From a candidate division CPR3 bacterium GWF2_35_18 (GTDB lineage: Bacteria; Patescibacteriota; CPR3; GWF2-35-18): DNA of 64,000 bases. The translations under genes and the position numbers were made by a program. Numbering within the stretch: position 1 is the first letter of the stretch; each line of letters opens with the position of its first letter. Of this stretch, positions 1 through 9,066 are shown piece by piece. The notes below the pieces were generated by a model. That model searched no databases and was not told the origin of the DNA. It saw nothing but the letters and a program-made list of their open reading frames with translations. The stretch is from contig MESW01000003.1 of assembly GCA_001771135.1 (NCBI GenBank), positions 235,786 to 299,785 of the forward strand, read 5' to 3'.

Positions 1-640
1 ACAAAAATAACAAAGTACTTATAAATATCAACTTTGATTTAAAATTTATAAACGTTATAAAGGCGAGAACTTCTGCAATTACTGCTAACCAAAATCCACG
101 AGTATAAGTTATAGTGATTACTAATAAAGATAGAAAAGTACCAAGTATAAATATACTAGTCTTTTTAAAAGTGAAATCCTTTTTGAATAAATAAGTACCC
201 CAAATAAAAGCTAATCCCACTTGTAGGAAAAGACTCCCTTCTGTGAAAAAACGATAAATTTTATTTGGCATAATACCAATAATTCCGCCATATCCTAATT
301 TCTTTAAAATATATCCAATATGCCTAATATCAAGAATATGAACACTACTTAAAATAAAAACCATTAATGAGAAGATTCCCCAGATTAAGATACTACCTAA
401 AAATACATAAAACAATCTTTTCAAGTCTTCTTTGGAGTTGAAAATCGATGCAAAAATAATAATATAAAAATAAAAAACGTAACCATTAGCATCAGCAAAT
501 ATATTACGAATATTATTTCCTTCTAAAAAGCCAACTATCGAACCCATAATAGGAACAAATAATCCCATAAACAGACTAAAAAACAACACTTCCTTTTTTA
601 TATTCGATATCTTAACTTGCTTTCTAAAAAGACAACACAT
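1..640 (-). CDS. Partial (3' end outside window) multi-TM membrane protein, O-antigen ligase/polymerase (Wzy/WaaL)-like
   Basis: Reverse-strand translation from ATG at 640 gives MCCLFRKQVKISN... followed by many hydrophobic helices and a ...TYTRGFWLAV... segment. The frame stays open to the window start. The ORF track does not list it because no stop codon lies inside the window. Sits at the edge of the glycan locus. Confidence 0.4.
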   Translation of the reverse strand, partial: MCCLFRKQVKISNIKKEVLFFSLFMGLFVPIMGSIVGFLEGNNIRNIFADANGYVFYFYIIIFASIFNSKEDLKRLFYVFLGSILIWGIFSLMVFILSSVHILDIRHIGYILKKLGYGGIIGIMPNKIYRFFTEGSLFLQVGLAFIWGTYLFKKDFTFKKTSIFILGTFLSLLVITITYTRGFWLAVIAEVLAFITFINFKSKLIFISTLLFL

Positions 641-908
641 CCATAAAATGATACCTAATCCAATTAGAACCATCCTAATTGAGAGACTAAAAGGTAAAAC
701 CAAATACCTTCCTCCACCACCTATTATTAGTTCAACTACTAAAACGTATAAGACAAATTTGGTTATGTTTAAAAGGGTAATTTTCTTAAATAAATCTAAA
801 TATTTTATATGCATGTTTTCTGACATACTGTTTTTAAATTACATATCTGATGAATATTGGGGAGTGATATTTCTACGATATTTTCTATTGTATTTTAACT
901 ATATTCTT

Positions 909-1814
909 TTATTTAAGCAAAAAAGTCTTATAATTTCGTAAAAACACATTGTATATCCTTCTTCCGAATAAAGAAACAAAAAAGACTAATCCATATTTAA
1001 GGTTATAAAGATCATATTTCCAGGCTTGAAATAAAAAATATGTTATCCTCATTCCAGAATCTTTCTCGTAGGATAAATTATTGGCTAAGTTAAGTAAATG
1101 CGCCGAGTATAGTCTCTTTTGAACAAACTCATATCGATACTTATCTAATATCATTTTCAATGCTTTTGTATAGGCCTCATTCTTTGCTGTAATACTATCT
1201 TTTGAAAAATATGTTTTTAATAATACTTCGTCTGTATATAAAATCTGACATTGTTTTGATAAACGCAGCAATAAATCCCAATCTTGTAATCTTGGTAGTT
1301 TTGGATCAAATAAACCTACTTTTTCTAAATAAGTTTTTTTTACAACCAAACTTGGCAAAGTAATAAAATTAGCTTTAAGTAGTTCTTCATGAATATTACC
1401 CATTATTTTTTCAGGAGAATAAATTGTATTTTTTTGATCACCCTCTCTTTCAAGATTACAATAAATAGCTCCAACTTTATCACCACTTTTATCTAAAATA
1501 CCGATCTGTTTCTCTAACTTTTTGGAAAACCACTCGTCATCGCTATCCTGAAAAGCGATAAATTTTCCCTTTGCCTGTCTAATACCGATATTCCGAGATT
1601 CAGCGCCACCTAAATTTTCTTTATTTAAGATATATTTGATTCTGCTACTCTTGTAGCTGTCAATAACTTCTCTTGTATTATCAGAAGAACAATCATCTAC
1701 AACGATAAGTTCAAAATTCTTATAACTTTGTCTCATGATACTATTTATAGCTCTTTTTAGAATATAGGCGCGATTATAAGTAGGAAGTATTACACTTACT
1801 AATGATCTATACAT
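909..1814 (-). CDS. Glycosyltransferase family 2
   Basis: N-terminal SVILPTYNRAYILKRAINSIMRQSY...ELIVVDDCSSDNT and a DSDDEW motif, typical of the GT2 GT-A fold. Overlaps the next gene by 8 nt. Confidence 0.85.
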   Translation of the reverse strand: MYRSLVSVILPTYNRAYILKRAINSIMRQSYKNFELIVVDDCSSDNTREVIDSYKSSRIKYILNKENLGGAESRNIGIRQAKGKFIAFQDSDDEWFSKKLEKQIGILDKSGDKVGAIYCNLEREGDQKNTIYSPEKIMGNIHEELLKANFITLPSLVVKKTYLEKVGLFDPKLPRLQDWDLLLRLSKQCQILYTDEVLLKTYFSKDSITAKNEAYTKALKMILDKYRYEFVQKRLYSAHLLNLANNLSYEKDSGMRITYFLFQAWKYDLYNLKYGLVFFVSLFGRRIYNVFLRNYKTFLLK

Positions 1815-2979
1815 TTTTATTAATTATATTATTGATCTTTTTTCCCATAGCAGAGAAACTGTAGTTTTGGAGAAATTCTTCTCTGGCCTTTAATCCTAAT
1901 TCTCTATTCTTTTTTCTATCACGCAACATAACCTCTATTGCTTTAGAGAATTGCAAATTATCATCTGGACTAACAACAATCCCGCAATTATTTAAGACTT
2001 CAGGAATATCAGATATAGAAGTGGAAATAATTGTTTTTCCCATTGCCATGGCATCAAAAATTTTCGCTGGCATTTGACCAACTGAAGAAAGGTTTTTCTT
2101 TTGAGGAATAACAACAATATCAGCCATAGACAAAAATTCTGGAACAGTTGAAAAAGGTTGTGTCTTGAAAAAATAAAAATGATCCTTTAATTTCTTTTTT
2201 CCCAAAGCAACAATTTCTTGATTATATGTGCTATCATCAATACCAACTAAAACTAAAGCAGTATTCTTTGTATTCTTTGTATTCTTTGTATTCATTAAAC
2301 TTATAAGATCCTCAATTCCTTTATGAGGTCTTATTGTTCCCATAAATAATATTATATTTTCGGAATTACTTATCTTATATTTTTTACGCATGGTCTTACT
2401 CTCGAAGTTCTTAGGATTATAAAAGTTTTCATCTCGAGCATGCCATATAATTTCTCCACCAAATTTCTTTTTTAAAAACCTATTTGAAACAGTAATTGTA
2501 TTTGCAAAAAAAGAAATCTTCTCAAATACGAAACTATTAATTATTGAACCTATTCCGTAAGGATAAATTATCGATTTGATAATAAACTTTATTTTTTGAA
2601 AAAACCTGCTTTCTTTAAAAATTTGGAGTGAAAATCCTAGCTCCCAATCATCGATATCTAAAATTAATTTTTTATGAAATATTGTTTTGGCTACTATTCC
2701 GAAACCAAAACTTGTAAATAATGGTTTGTGTGCATAAATAATATCTCCATTTATTGATTTTATGATTCGGAGAAAATCAAAATAGGGAAAAAGCTTATGT
2801 TTAACCCTAAAATACTTAAAATTTATGCTTTTATCTTGAGAAAGAGGTTCCCAAATACCATTTCCCAAGATAGGACCGACTATTTCAACTTGGTATTTAT
2901 GACTTAAAAGTTTAGCCAATAAATATGTCCGACCTAAACAGTTTGTTGATAAATTAGGACAAAGTAAGGAAATTTTCAT
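1807..2979 (-). CDS. Glycosyltransferase family 4 (GT-B)
   Basis: C-terminal GT4 signature ...VVIPQKKNLSSVGQMPAKIFDAMAMGKTIISTSISDIPEVL (E-x7-E type). Contains an in-frame NTKNTKNTKNT repeat. Confidence 0.8.
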   Translation of the reverse strand: MKISLLCPNLSTNCLGRTYLLAKLLSHKYQVEIVGPILGNGIWEPLSQDKSINFKYFRVKHKLFPYFDFLRIIKSINGDIIYAHKPLFTSFGFGIVAKTIFHKKLILDIDDWELGFSLQIFKESRFFQKIKFIIKSIIYPYGIGSIINSFVFEKISFFANTITVSNRFLKKKFGGEIIWHARDENFYNPKNFESKTMRKKYKISNSENIILFMGTIRPHKGIEDLISLMNTKNTKNTKNTALVLVGIDDSTYNQEIVALGKKKLKDHFYFFKTQPFSTVPEFLSMADIVVIPQKKNLSSVGQMPAKIFDAMAMGKTIISTSISDIPEVLNNCGIVVSPDDNLQFSKAIEVMLRDRKKNRELGLKAREEFLQNYSFSAMGKKINNIINKNV

Positions 2980-4142
2980 TTTTTAAAATTGGTAAAAAAG
3001 TCATTAAGATTTTGAGCAGAATATTCCCATTTCCATTTCTTCATAATAGTTTTTCGGCAGTTATTTTTTAAGGATAGGTATCTTTCTTTATCGGTTAATA
3101 AACCGATAATTTCCTTCGCAAGTTTCTCCTGATCTCTATCAACTAGAATTCCATTTAAATCATTATCAATAATTTCTCTTGTTCCGGCTTCTTTCAAACC
3201 AATAACAGGAGTTTCACAGGACATAGATTCAAGAGTTGTTAGACCAAAAGGTTCTACTGAAGCAGTGTTTATAGTAATTTTAGCTTTATTGTATTCTTTA
3301 ACTAAATCATCATCTGAAATATTATTAATAAAATTAATATTTACCCTTAATGATTTTGCTTTGTTAATCAATGACTTCTCGTGAGTTGGATCTTTTCTAT
3401 TATAGATAATTTCTAATTTTGGCCTGATTTCATAGGGTATATATTGCATTGCTTCAACTAAGAAATCAAAGCTTTTGTGTGACTTCATTGTCCCAATTGA
3501 AATAATTAAATTTTCCTTTTTAATATTAAGCGGCTTAAATTTATCCACATCAACCCCAAGATAACATACCTTTGGATATATTCCATAAGCTTTAAAAACT
3601 GATTCTAAGGAATAGTATGAATTAACCAAGATAAGAGCAGCTTTTTGGGCATTAATCCGATCGAGATATCCTCGAAAGAATATATTCAACTCAAAAATTG
3701 GTTTTTTCCAAAAAGGAACCTTATTTATTTCCTTACTATAGAATTGATATTCATAAGATAATCTAAATGGTTCTTGGCAATAATATATTGAAGGTGTATG
3801 TAAAAATCTCAAAATACTTGGAGATTGAGTTATTTTACAATGGTTTATAAAAACAAAATCGTATTTTTTTTGATCAATTTCTCGGGCTATTTTCTTCTGA
3901 ACTCTTTCAAAAAATAACAGGTTTAAAAAAAAACTAATTAGTGAAAAAGGGAATTTGGGAAATACATATTTATAATCATATGTATTTTTCACAATTGGTC
4001 TTAAATCACAAAATTCTTCACATTCATCTGACGGAATATAAAGATCTATTTGGTGGTTAAATTTTTTCAATCCTTTAATTAATTCGTATAAAGCTCTTTT
4101 AGCTCCACCTGAAGGTAAAAAATGATATATTGCAATTTTCAT
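2976..4142 (-). CDS. Glycosyltransferase family 4 (GT-B)
   Basis: EPFGLTTLESMSCETPVIG motif. Overlaps the upstream gene by 4 nt. Confidence 0.8.
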   Translation of the reverse strand: MKIAIYHFLPSGGAKRALYELIKGLKKFNHQIDLYIPSDECEEFCDLRPIVKNTYDYKYVFPKFPFSLISFFLNLLFFERVQKKIAREIDQKKYDFVFINHCKITQSPSILRFLHTPSIYYCQEPFRLSYEYQFYSKEINKVPFWKKPIFELNIFFRGYLDRINAQKAALILVNSYYSLESVFKAYGIYPKVCYLGVDVDKFKPLNIKKENLIISIGTMKSHKSFDFLVEAMQYIPYEIRPKLEIIYNRKDPTHEKSLINKAKSLRVNINFINNISDDDLVKEYNKAKITINTASVEPFGLTTLESMSCETPVIGLKEAGTREIIDNDLNGILVDRDQEKLAKEIIGLLTDKERYLSLKNNCRKTIMKKWKWEYSAQNLNDFFTNFKK

Positions 4143-4194
4143 ATATTTTATATTTATCTTATGAAAAACATTACTAATTGTAATTCAAACCGCC

Positions 4195-4223
4195 TTGACA
4201 AGCAACAGCTTAATAAGTACTAT
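4195..4223 (+). promoter_or_regulatory. Sigma70-like promoter (TTGACA-17nt-TACTAT) for the DegT/ColD-like gene, followed by a GAAGGAG RBS
   Basis: TTGACA at 4195-4200, a 17-nt spacer, and TACTAT at 4218-4223. GAAGGAG lies 5 nt upstream of the ATG at 4259. Located in the divergent intergenic region. Confidence 0.45.
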
Positions 4224-4258
4224 TAAAGTCAATTTCCCCATATTATAGAAGGAGTCTT

Positions 4259-5437
4259 ATGAATCCAATAATGCTTGTTAAATCAACATTCTATCATGAA
4301 GATGAAACAAAAAAAGTACTTTGTGATTTTATTACACAGTCAAAACAGCTTAGTATGGGAACCAAATGTAGAGAATTTGAAGAAACATTTGCCAAATGGC
4401 AAGGAAAAAAATACTGCGTACTCTTTAATTCTGGAAGTTCTGCAAACCTCGCTCTAATACAAGCTGCTCTGAACTCTAATCTACTTAAACCAAAGGATAC
4501 AGTTGCTTTTTCTGGCATTACTTGGGCAACAAATGTTATGCCTTTAATCCAGCTTGGTTTAAAACCATATCCTATCGATGTCGAAATACAAACTCTAAAC
4601 TGCTCTTCATCAATACTTAAAAAAGCATATGAAAAGAAACCATTTCAAGCGCTTTTTTTAACAAATTTACTCGGACTTGCTGATGATATTACAAATATTA
4701 AAAAATTTTGTAAAAAAAATGGAATCTTATTATTTGAAGATAACTGTGAATCACTAGGCAGTGTTTCTAATGGTATTAAGCTTGGAAGTTATGGCTTTGC
4801 GTCTACCTTTTCCTTTTTTGTCGGACATCATATGTCCACAATTGAAGGAGGAGCTATTTGTACCGATAACGAAGAATTTACTAAACAATTAAAGATGGGA
4901 AGAGCCCACGGATGGGATAGACAATTAAAAAAAGCAGAACAGAAAAGTCTCAGGAAAAAATATCGCGTTTCAGATTTCTTCGCGAAGTATACTTTTTACG
5001 ACCTTGCTTATAACTTACGGCCTACTGAAATAACTGGATTTTTAGGCTTAAACCAAATGCAATACCTTGATGAAATTATTAGGAAAAGAGAGGAAAACTT
5101 TTTTGCCCTCCAAGAGATCTATGATAATGATCAGGAATTTTATCCTTTAAAAGTAAAACTCGATACAATATCAAGCTTCGCAATACCAGTGATCTGTAAG
5201 AATAAAAAGGTGCTAGAAAAATATGTAACTTTATGCGATAAAAATAAGATTGAAGTCAGACCTATTGTAGGTGGAATGATGTCTACTCAACCTTTTTATA
5301 AAAAATATATTAAAGAAAAATTTGATTTACCAAATTCAGAAATAATTAATAATTATGGTTTTTATTTCGGTAACAATCCTGAATTAACTACTGAAGAAAT
5401 CAAATACATCCTATCGATCTTCAAAAACAACAAGTAA
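4259..5437 (+). CDS. DegT/DnrJ/EryC1/StrS-family PLP/PMP-dependent sugar-modifying enzyme. The His-for-Lys motif suggests an NDP-4-keto-6-deoxyhexose 3-dehydratase (ColD/E1-like) rather than an aminotransferase.
   Basis: 392 aa. The STFSFFVGHHMSTIEGG motif aligns to the SF..xK..t.EGG PLP-lysine motif of DegT aminotransferases, but His occupies the Lys position (an HH diad), as recalled for ColD/E1 dehydratases. Confidence 0.7.
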   Translation: MNPIMLVKSTFYHEDETKKVLCDFITQSKQLSMGTKCREFEETFAKWQGKKYCVLFNSGSSANLALIQAALNSNLLKPKDTVAFSGITWATNVMPLIQLGLKPYPIDVEIQTLNCSSSILKKAYEKKPFQALFLTNLLGLADDITNIKKFCKKNGILLFEDNCESLGSVSNGIKLGSYGFASTFSFFVGHHMSTIEGGAICTDNEEFTKQLKMGRAHGWDRQLKKAEQKSLRKKYRVSDFFAKYTFYDLAYNLRPTEITGFLGLNQMQYLDEIIRKREENFFALQEIYDNDQEFYPLKVKLDTISSFAIPVICKNKKVLEKYVTLCDKNKIEVRPIVGGMMSTQPFYKKYIKEKFDLPNSEIINNYGFYFGNNPELTTEEIKYILSIFKNNK

Positions 5438-6673
5438 ATGAAAATTGCAATTATTATCTGGAAACTAGATATTAGTGGTGGTGGACAAAGACAGGCTCTT
5501 GAGCTTGCATATAATTTACAGAAAAAAAGTCATCAGGTTGATGTTTTTTGTTGTTATCTCAACAAAGAAAAATGCTACCCAAATATTATTAACAAATTAA
5601 ACGTATACGTAATCTCTTCAGAAGATTTAGAACGAACTCTCAAAAAAAAGTTATCCTTCTCTAAAAAAATCATATCAAAAATCAAAAACTATTCCCTTGA
5701 TGCAGAAAACATTTTACTAGTAAACCTTATCCAAAAAAGAAATAAAACTGTCAAATACGATGTTTTCAATTACCATGATAGTAAAGTCTTTATGATCGCT
5801 CCTTTCTTTGAGAAAGAGAAAAACTTTTGGATGATGAATGACTTACCTTCTATTCTGGACATAAAACAACGAAATAATTTGTTTAGAAAAACCGGACACG
5901 GGATTAAAAGTATCTTTAAAAAAATCGTTTTAGTTAACAAGTTTATTAATACTGAAATAAATTTGAATTTGTACGTTCGTTACATTGGGAAAGTCATGGT
6001 TCTTGACGAAAGAAATAAAAATCTTGCCAAAAGATATTTTTTTAAAAATTCTACAGTTATTCGGAGCGGAATCGATATTGAGAAATTCAAAGTATCCAAA
6101 AAACAGTACAATCTAGATAATAAAATAAATTTATTATCTACAAGTATCTTTTTCCCTCATCGAAGATACGAAGACACTATCGAAGCTCTGAATATCCTGA
6201 TCAACAATCATAAAATAACCAATTTACACTTTAATATTGTAGGTGAATCAAAAACTGATCCTGAATATTATTCATATATACAATCTTTAGTTCAAAAATA
6301 CTCTTTAAAAAAAGATATCAGTTTTCTTGGTTCAGTTTCAGATGAAAAGCTTGCTCAACTATATAAAAACTCTGATATTTTTATTTTTCCCAACACAAAC
6401 CAAACCTGGGGATTGGCAGTCTTTGAAGCTATGTTATCAGGTTGCGTAGCGATTGTGTCAAATGGATGCGGTGCTCATGAAGTATTAACTAATAAACAAA
6501 ACGCAATTATCGTGAAAGAAAAATCATCTAATGAAATAGCTATAGCCATAAAACATTTAATAACAAACAAAAAGGAAATGGAAAAAATCGGTGAAAACGG
6601 GCAAAGTTTTGTAAAGGATAATTTATCTTGGGATAAATATACAGATGAAATGTTGAAAATTTTTAGAAGCTAA
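5438..6673 (+). CDS. Glycosyltransferase family 4
   Basis: GLAVFEAMLSGCVAIVSNGCGAHEVL motif. The start abuts the stop of the upstream gene. Confidence 0.8.
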   Translation: MKIAIIIWKLDISGGGQRQALELAYNLQKKSHQVDVFCCYLNKEKCYPNIINKLNVYVISSEDLERTLKKKLSFSKKIISKIKNYSLDAENILLVNLIQKRNKTVKYDVFNYHDSKVFMIAPFFEKEKNFWMMNDLPSILDIKQRNNLFRKTGHGIKSIFKKIVLVNKFINTEINLNLYVRYIGKVMVLDERNKNLAKRYFFKNSTVIRSGIDIEKFKVSKKQYNLDNKINLLSTSIFFPHRRYEDTIEALNILINNHKITNLHFNIVGESKTDPEYYSYIQSLVQKYSLKKDISFLGSVSDEKLAQLYKNSDIFIFPNTNQTWGLAVFEAMLSGCVAIVSNGCGAHEVLTNKQNAIIVKEKSSNEIAIAIKHLITNKKEMEKIGENGQSFVKDNLSWDKYTDEMLKIFRS

Positions 6674-8376
6674 GGTGTTCCATTCTGAGTTAGAGTTCCG
6701 ATTAAACAAAGATCTCCAGTTTCATCAATGTAAATAGAATTACCTCCTCCAGAATTCTGTATGATAAAGGCTTCCCCGCTTGGGGAATTACAGCTCGCAC
6801 TGCCACCAGCACAAGTACCAGTTTCAATACACATATTTCCAGCAGAACTAATATAACCTACGGTGCTTCCAGCGCTATTTTGAATGATAAATGAGTTATC
6901 TGGAGCGGTACAAGTTGAGGAAGCAGTGCAGGTTCCATCAAGCACGATATTTCCCAAACTACTTAAAGAAGCTCTATTTGTACCTGCACTATCTTGAATA
7001 TAGAATTTCTTTTCACTTGGCTCAGCATAATAAACTCCTGATTCCTCCATTACACACTCACCAAAGCCAAGTTTGAAGTAACCATCACCATTCCAATCAT
7101 CTCCCCAACTATTTTTTACAATCCAATAACTGGTATTATAATCACCAGTGTCATTATATCCAACAAGAACAACAGCATGATTTGCATAAATGGAACCAAC
7201 ACACCTCAAAATATCACTATCCCAATAAGCAAAACTTGGAGGATCAACAGTCCCCACATCAAACGCTATAGACAAAGGACCATATTCAATCAAATCGGCT
7301 TTCATTGTTTCAATATTTGCAGGAACACCCCAAGCAGCCGTTGTTCCCATCGAATCAATTTTCGTTAATCTACTTGACCAGTCTGAGCAGCGATCAGAAC
7401 AGGTACAATCACTACAATTCCAATTGACTTGATAAGTACACTCATCATCACAAACTCCACCTGATCCCTGTGGACATCCAGATGCGCCCCCGTCAATATA
7501 CGGCATACAAGACTCATCAGGTATTCCATAATCCTTAATATAAGTTAAAGCGTAGTCGCTCCAACCACCATTACAAGAATTATTAGCAAAACAATCTGAC
7601 ACTAAATATTGTTCAGAAAAATCCAAATCATAATTAGGATTATTGGTTACAACGTTATATGCTCCTTCTACTGTACCTACTGCTGAATATGCCCAACAAC
7701 TCCCACAATACCCTTGATTTTTTACAGACGTTACCCAGTTACTACCGTTATAATTTCGCCAATCAAAGGTGGATGGACTAGATGTCAAACCTGAAGTTGG
7801 GTTTTTTGGTGCTTCCTCTACCGGTTTATTTTGATACTCCCAAGTGGATGTATTTGTTCTTCCTTTGGTAGATTTTCCAACGATATCCATTATTTTATTC
7901 ACAGATCCCAGATGCTTTCCATCGCTTCTTGAAACACACATAGAATACTCATAAGAATACGGATCTTTCCCATCAGCCACAGAAACTAAATCATAACCTT
8001 TTTGGGTACAATATGAAAATTCCTCTCCGCATTTGCCACGATAAAATTCCCAATCACTGCACGATTTTTTATCAGGAAAAATACAAGCTCCTTGCTGACT
8101 GCCATCATTTTCCGTAATATTCTGGTATTCATATCCCATTTCTTTACAATAAACTGCTGCTGGATTCGATACACCTAGCTTCGGTTGTTCAATTTCTGTT
8201 ATATTTTCGTTTAATGCTTTTAATGATAGATTTACACTAGATGAAGGAAAATATAGTTGAAATCCTAAAAATAATATTAATATAATCAGTAAAAAATCAA
8301 AACCATACAGAATAAGTAACGGTTTATTTTTATGACTAAAAGGTGAAAATTGAGAAAGCTCTTTGAAAATAGTCAT
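6670..8376 (-). CDS. Membrane-anchored papain-family (C1A) cysteine peptidase with an N-terminal DUF333 (putative hemolysin-like) domain and three C-terminal repeats of about 40 aa
   Basis: N-terminal TM helix. A DUF333-like Cys pattern NPAAVYC...GACIF...CSDWEFYRGKC. Papain motifs NQGYCGSCWAYSAVG (catalytic Cys), NHAVVLVGY (His) and VKNSWGDDWNGDGYF (Asn/Trp). C-terminal F(I/Y)IQ(N/D)SAG... repeats occur three times. Confidence 0.75.
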   Translation of the reverse strand: MTIFKELSQFSPFSHKNKPLLILYGFDFLLIILILFLGFQLYFPSSSVNLSLKALNENITEIEQPKLGVSNPAAVYCKEMGYEYQNITENDGSQQGACIFPDKKSCSDWEFYRGKCGEEFSYCTQKGYDLVSVADGKDPYSYEYSMCVSRSDGKHLGSVNKIMDIVGKSTKGRTNTSTWEYQNKPVEEAPKNPTSGLTSSPSTFDWRNYNGSNWVTSVKNQGYCGSCWAYSAVGTVEGAYNVVTNNPNYDLDFSEQYLVSDCFANNSCNGGWSDYALTYIKDYGIPDESCMPYIDGGASGCPQGSGGVCDDECTYQVNWNCSDCTCSDRCSDWSSRLTKIDSMGTTAAWGVPANIETMKADLIEYGPLSIAFDVGTVDPPSFAYWDSDILRCVGSIYANHAVVLVGYNDTGDYNTSYWIVKNSWGDDWNGDGYFKLGFGECVMEESGVYYAEPSEKKFYIQDSAGTNRASLSSLGNIVLDGTCTASSTCTAPDNSFIIQNSAGSTVGYISSAGNMCIETGTCAGGSASCNSPSGEAFIIQNSGGGNSIYIDETGDLCLIGTLTQNGTP

Positions 8377-8400
8377 TTTAAATCCTTTGATGAAATAGAT

Positions 8401-9066
8401 TTAATTCCCTAATCTAACTACTACATTACCGGTATCTTGTAAAAACATTTTTGCTCCACCGAAATTATTTACCATCTCGAGATTATTGGTCGAATTCAGA
8501 TAACCAATATTCCCCGTAGTTGTACCTCCATCCTGACTGAAAGTAATTATTGGCTGATGAGCTTCGTTAACATTGTCCGTATCAGCTTCTATTTTGAGTT
8601 CTATTCCTCCTGTATCCGCTAAATGCAGTTTTGTCGCAGGAGCCGTCGTTCCAACACCCACATATCCGTTATACTTCCAAGTCATAATGTTTCTGGTAGA
8701 ACTGGTTAAAGTATCGTTTAAAAGTCTTAAATCTAACCGATCTAAAGAGCTTGCTCCAGTGTTAAAATTGAATGCACGACGTCCAGTAGTGTTTGCCGCT
8801 GCTTTGTAGGTCACAAATGCGTCATTATTGGCAGCTGAGGCTTCATTAAGAAAACCTGCTGCATACCCCCATCCCTTTCTTAAATGTAAAGGAAATTGAG
8901 GACTGGATGTCCCAATCCCGACATTGCCCGAGACATTAGCATACATATTGGTACCAGAATTAATCCATGAGTTTGCTTCAGCAAATACATCTTTTACTGG
9001 TTTAAAGTTACTTAATAACACACCTATAATTAACAAAAGAAAAAGTATTATTATATTTTTCCTCAT
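8401..9066 (-). CDS. Secreted protein with a signal peptide and repeated GxVGIGTxxPxxxLHL motifs (tail-fibre-like beta-rich repeat)
   Basis: Signal peptide MRKNIIILFLLLIIGVLL. Motifs GNVGIGTSSPQFPLHL and GYVGVGTTAPATKLHL. Confidence 0.5.
   Translation of the reverse strand: MRKNIIILFLLLIIGVLLSNFKPVKDVFAEANSWINSGTNMYANVSGNVGIGTSSPQFPLHLRKGWGYAAGFLNEASAANNDAFVTYKAAANTTGRRAFNFNTGASSLDRLDLRLLNDTLTSSTRNIMTWKYNGYVGVGTTAPATKLHLADTGGIELKIEADTDNVNEAHQPIITFSQDGGTTTGNIGYLNSTNNLEMVNNFGGAKMFLQDTGNVVVRLGN

Noticed and set aside
648-941. 97-aa ORF on the plus strand
   Set aside because: Low-complexity AT-rich translation lying in the upstream region of the partial ligase gene. No RBS and no family. Probably spurious.
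4275-4518. 60-aa and 74-aa ORFs overlapping the DegT/ColD-like gene
   Set aside because: They lie in alternative frames of a well-supported CDS. The ORFs at 7177-7368, 14139-14396, 21139-21336, 41474-41683 and others are the same kind of case.
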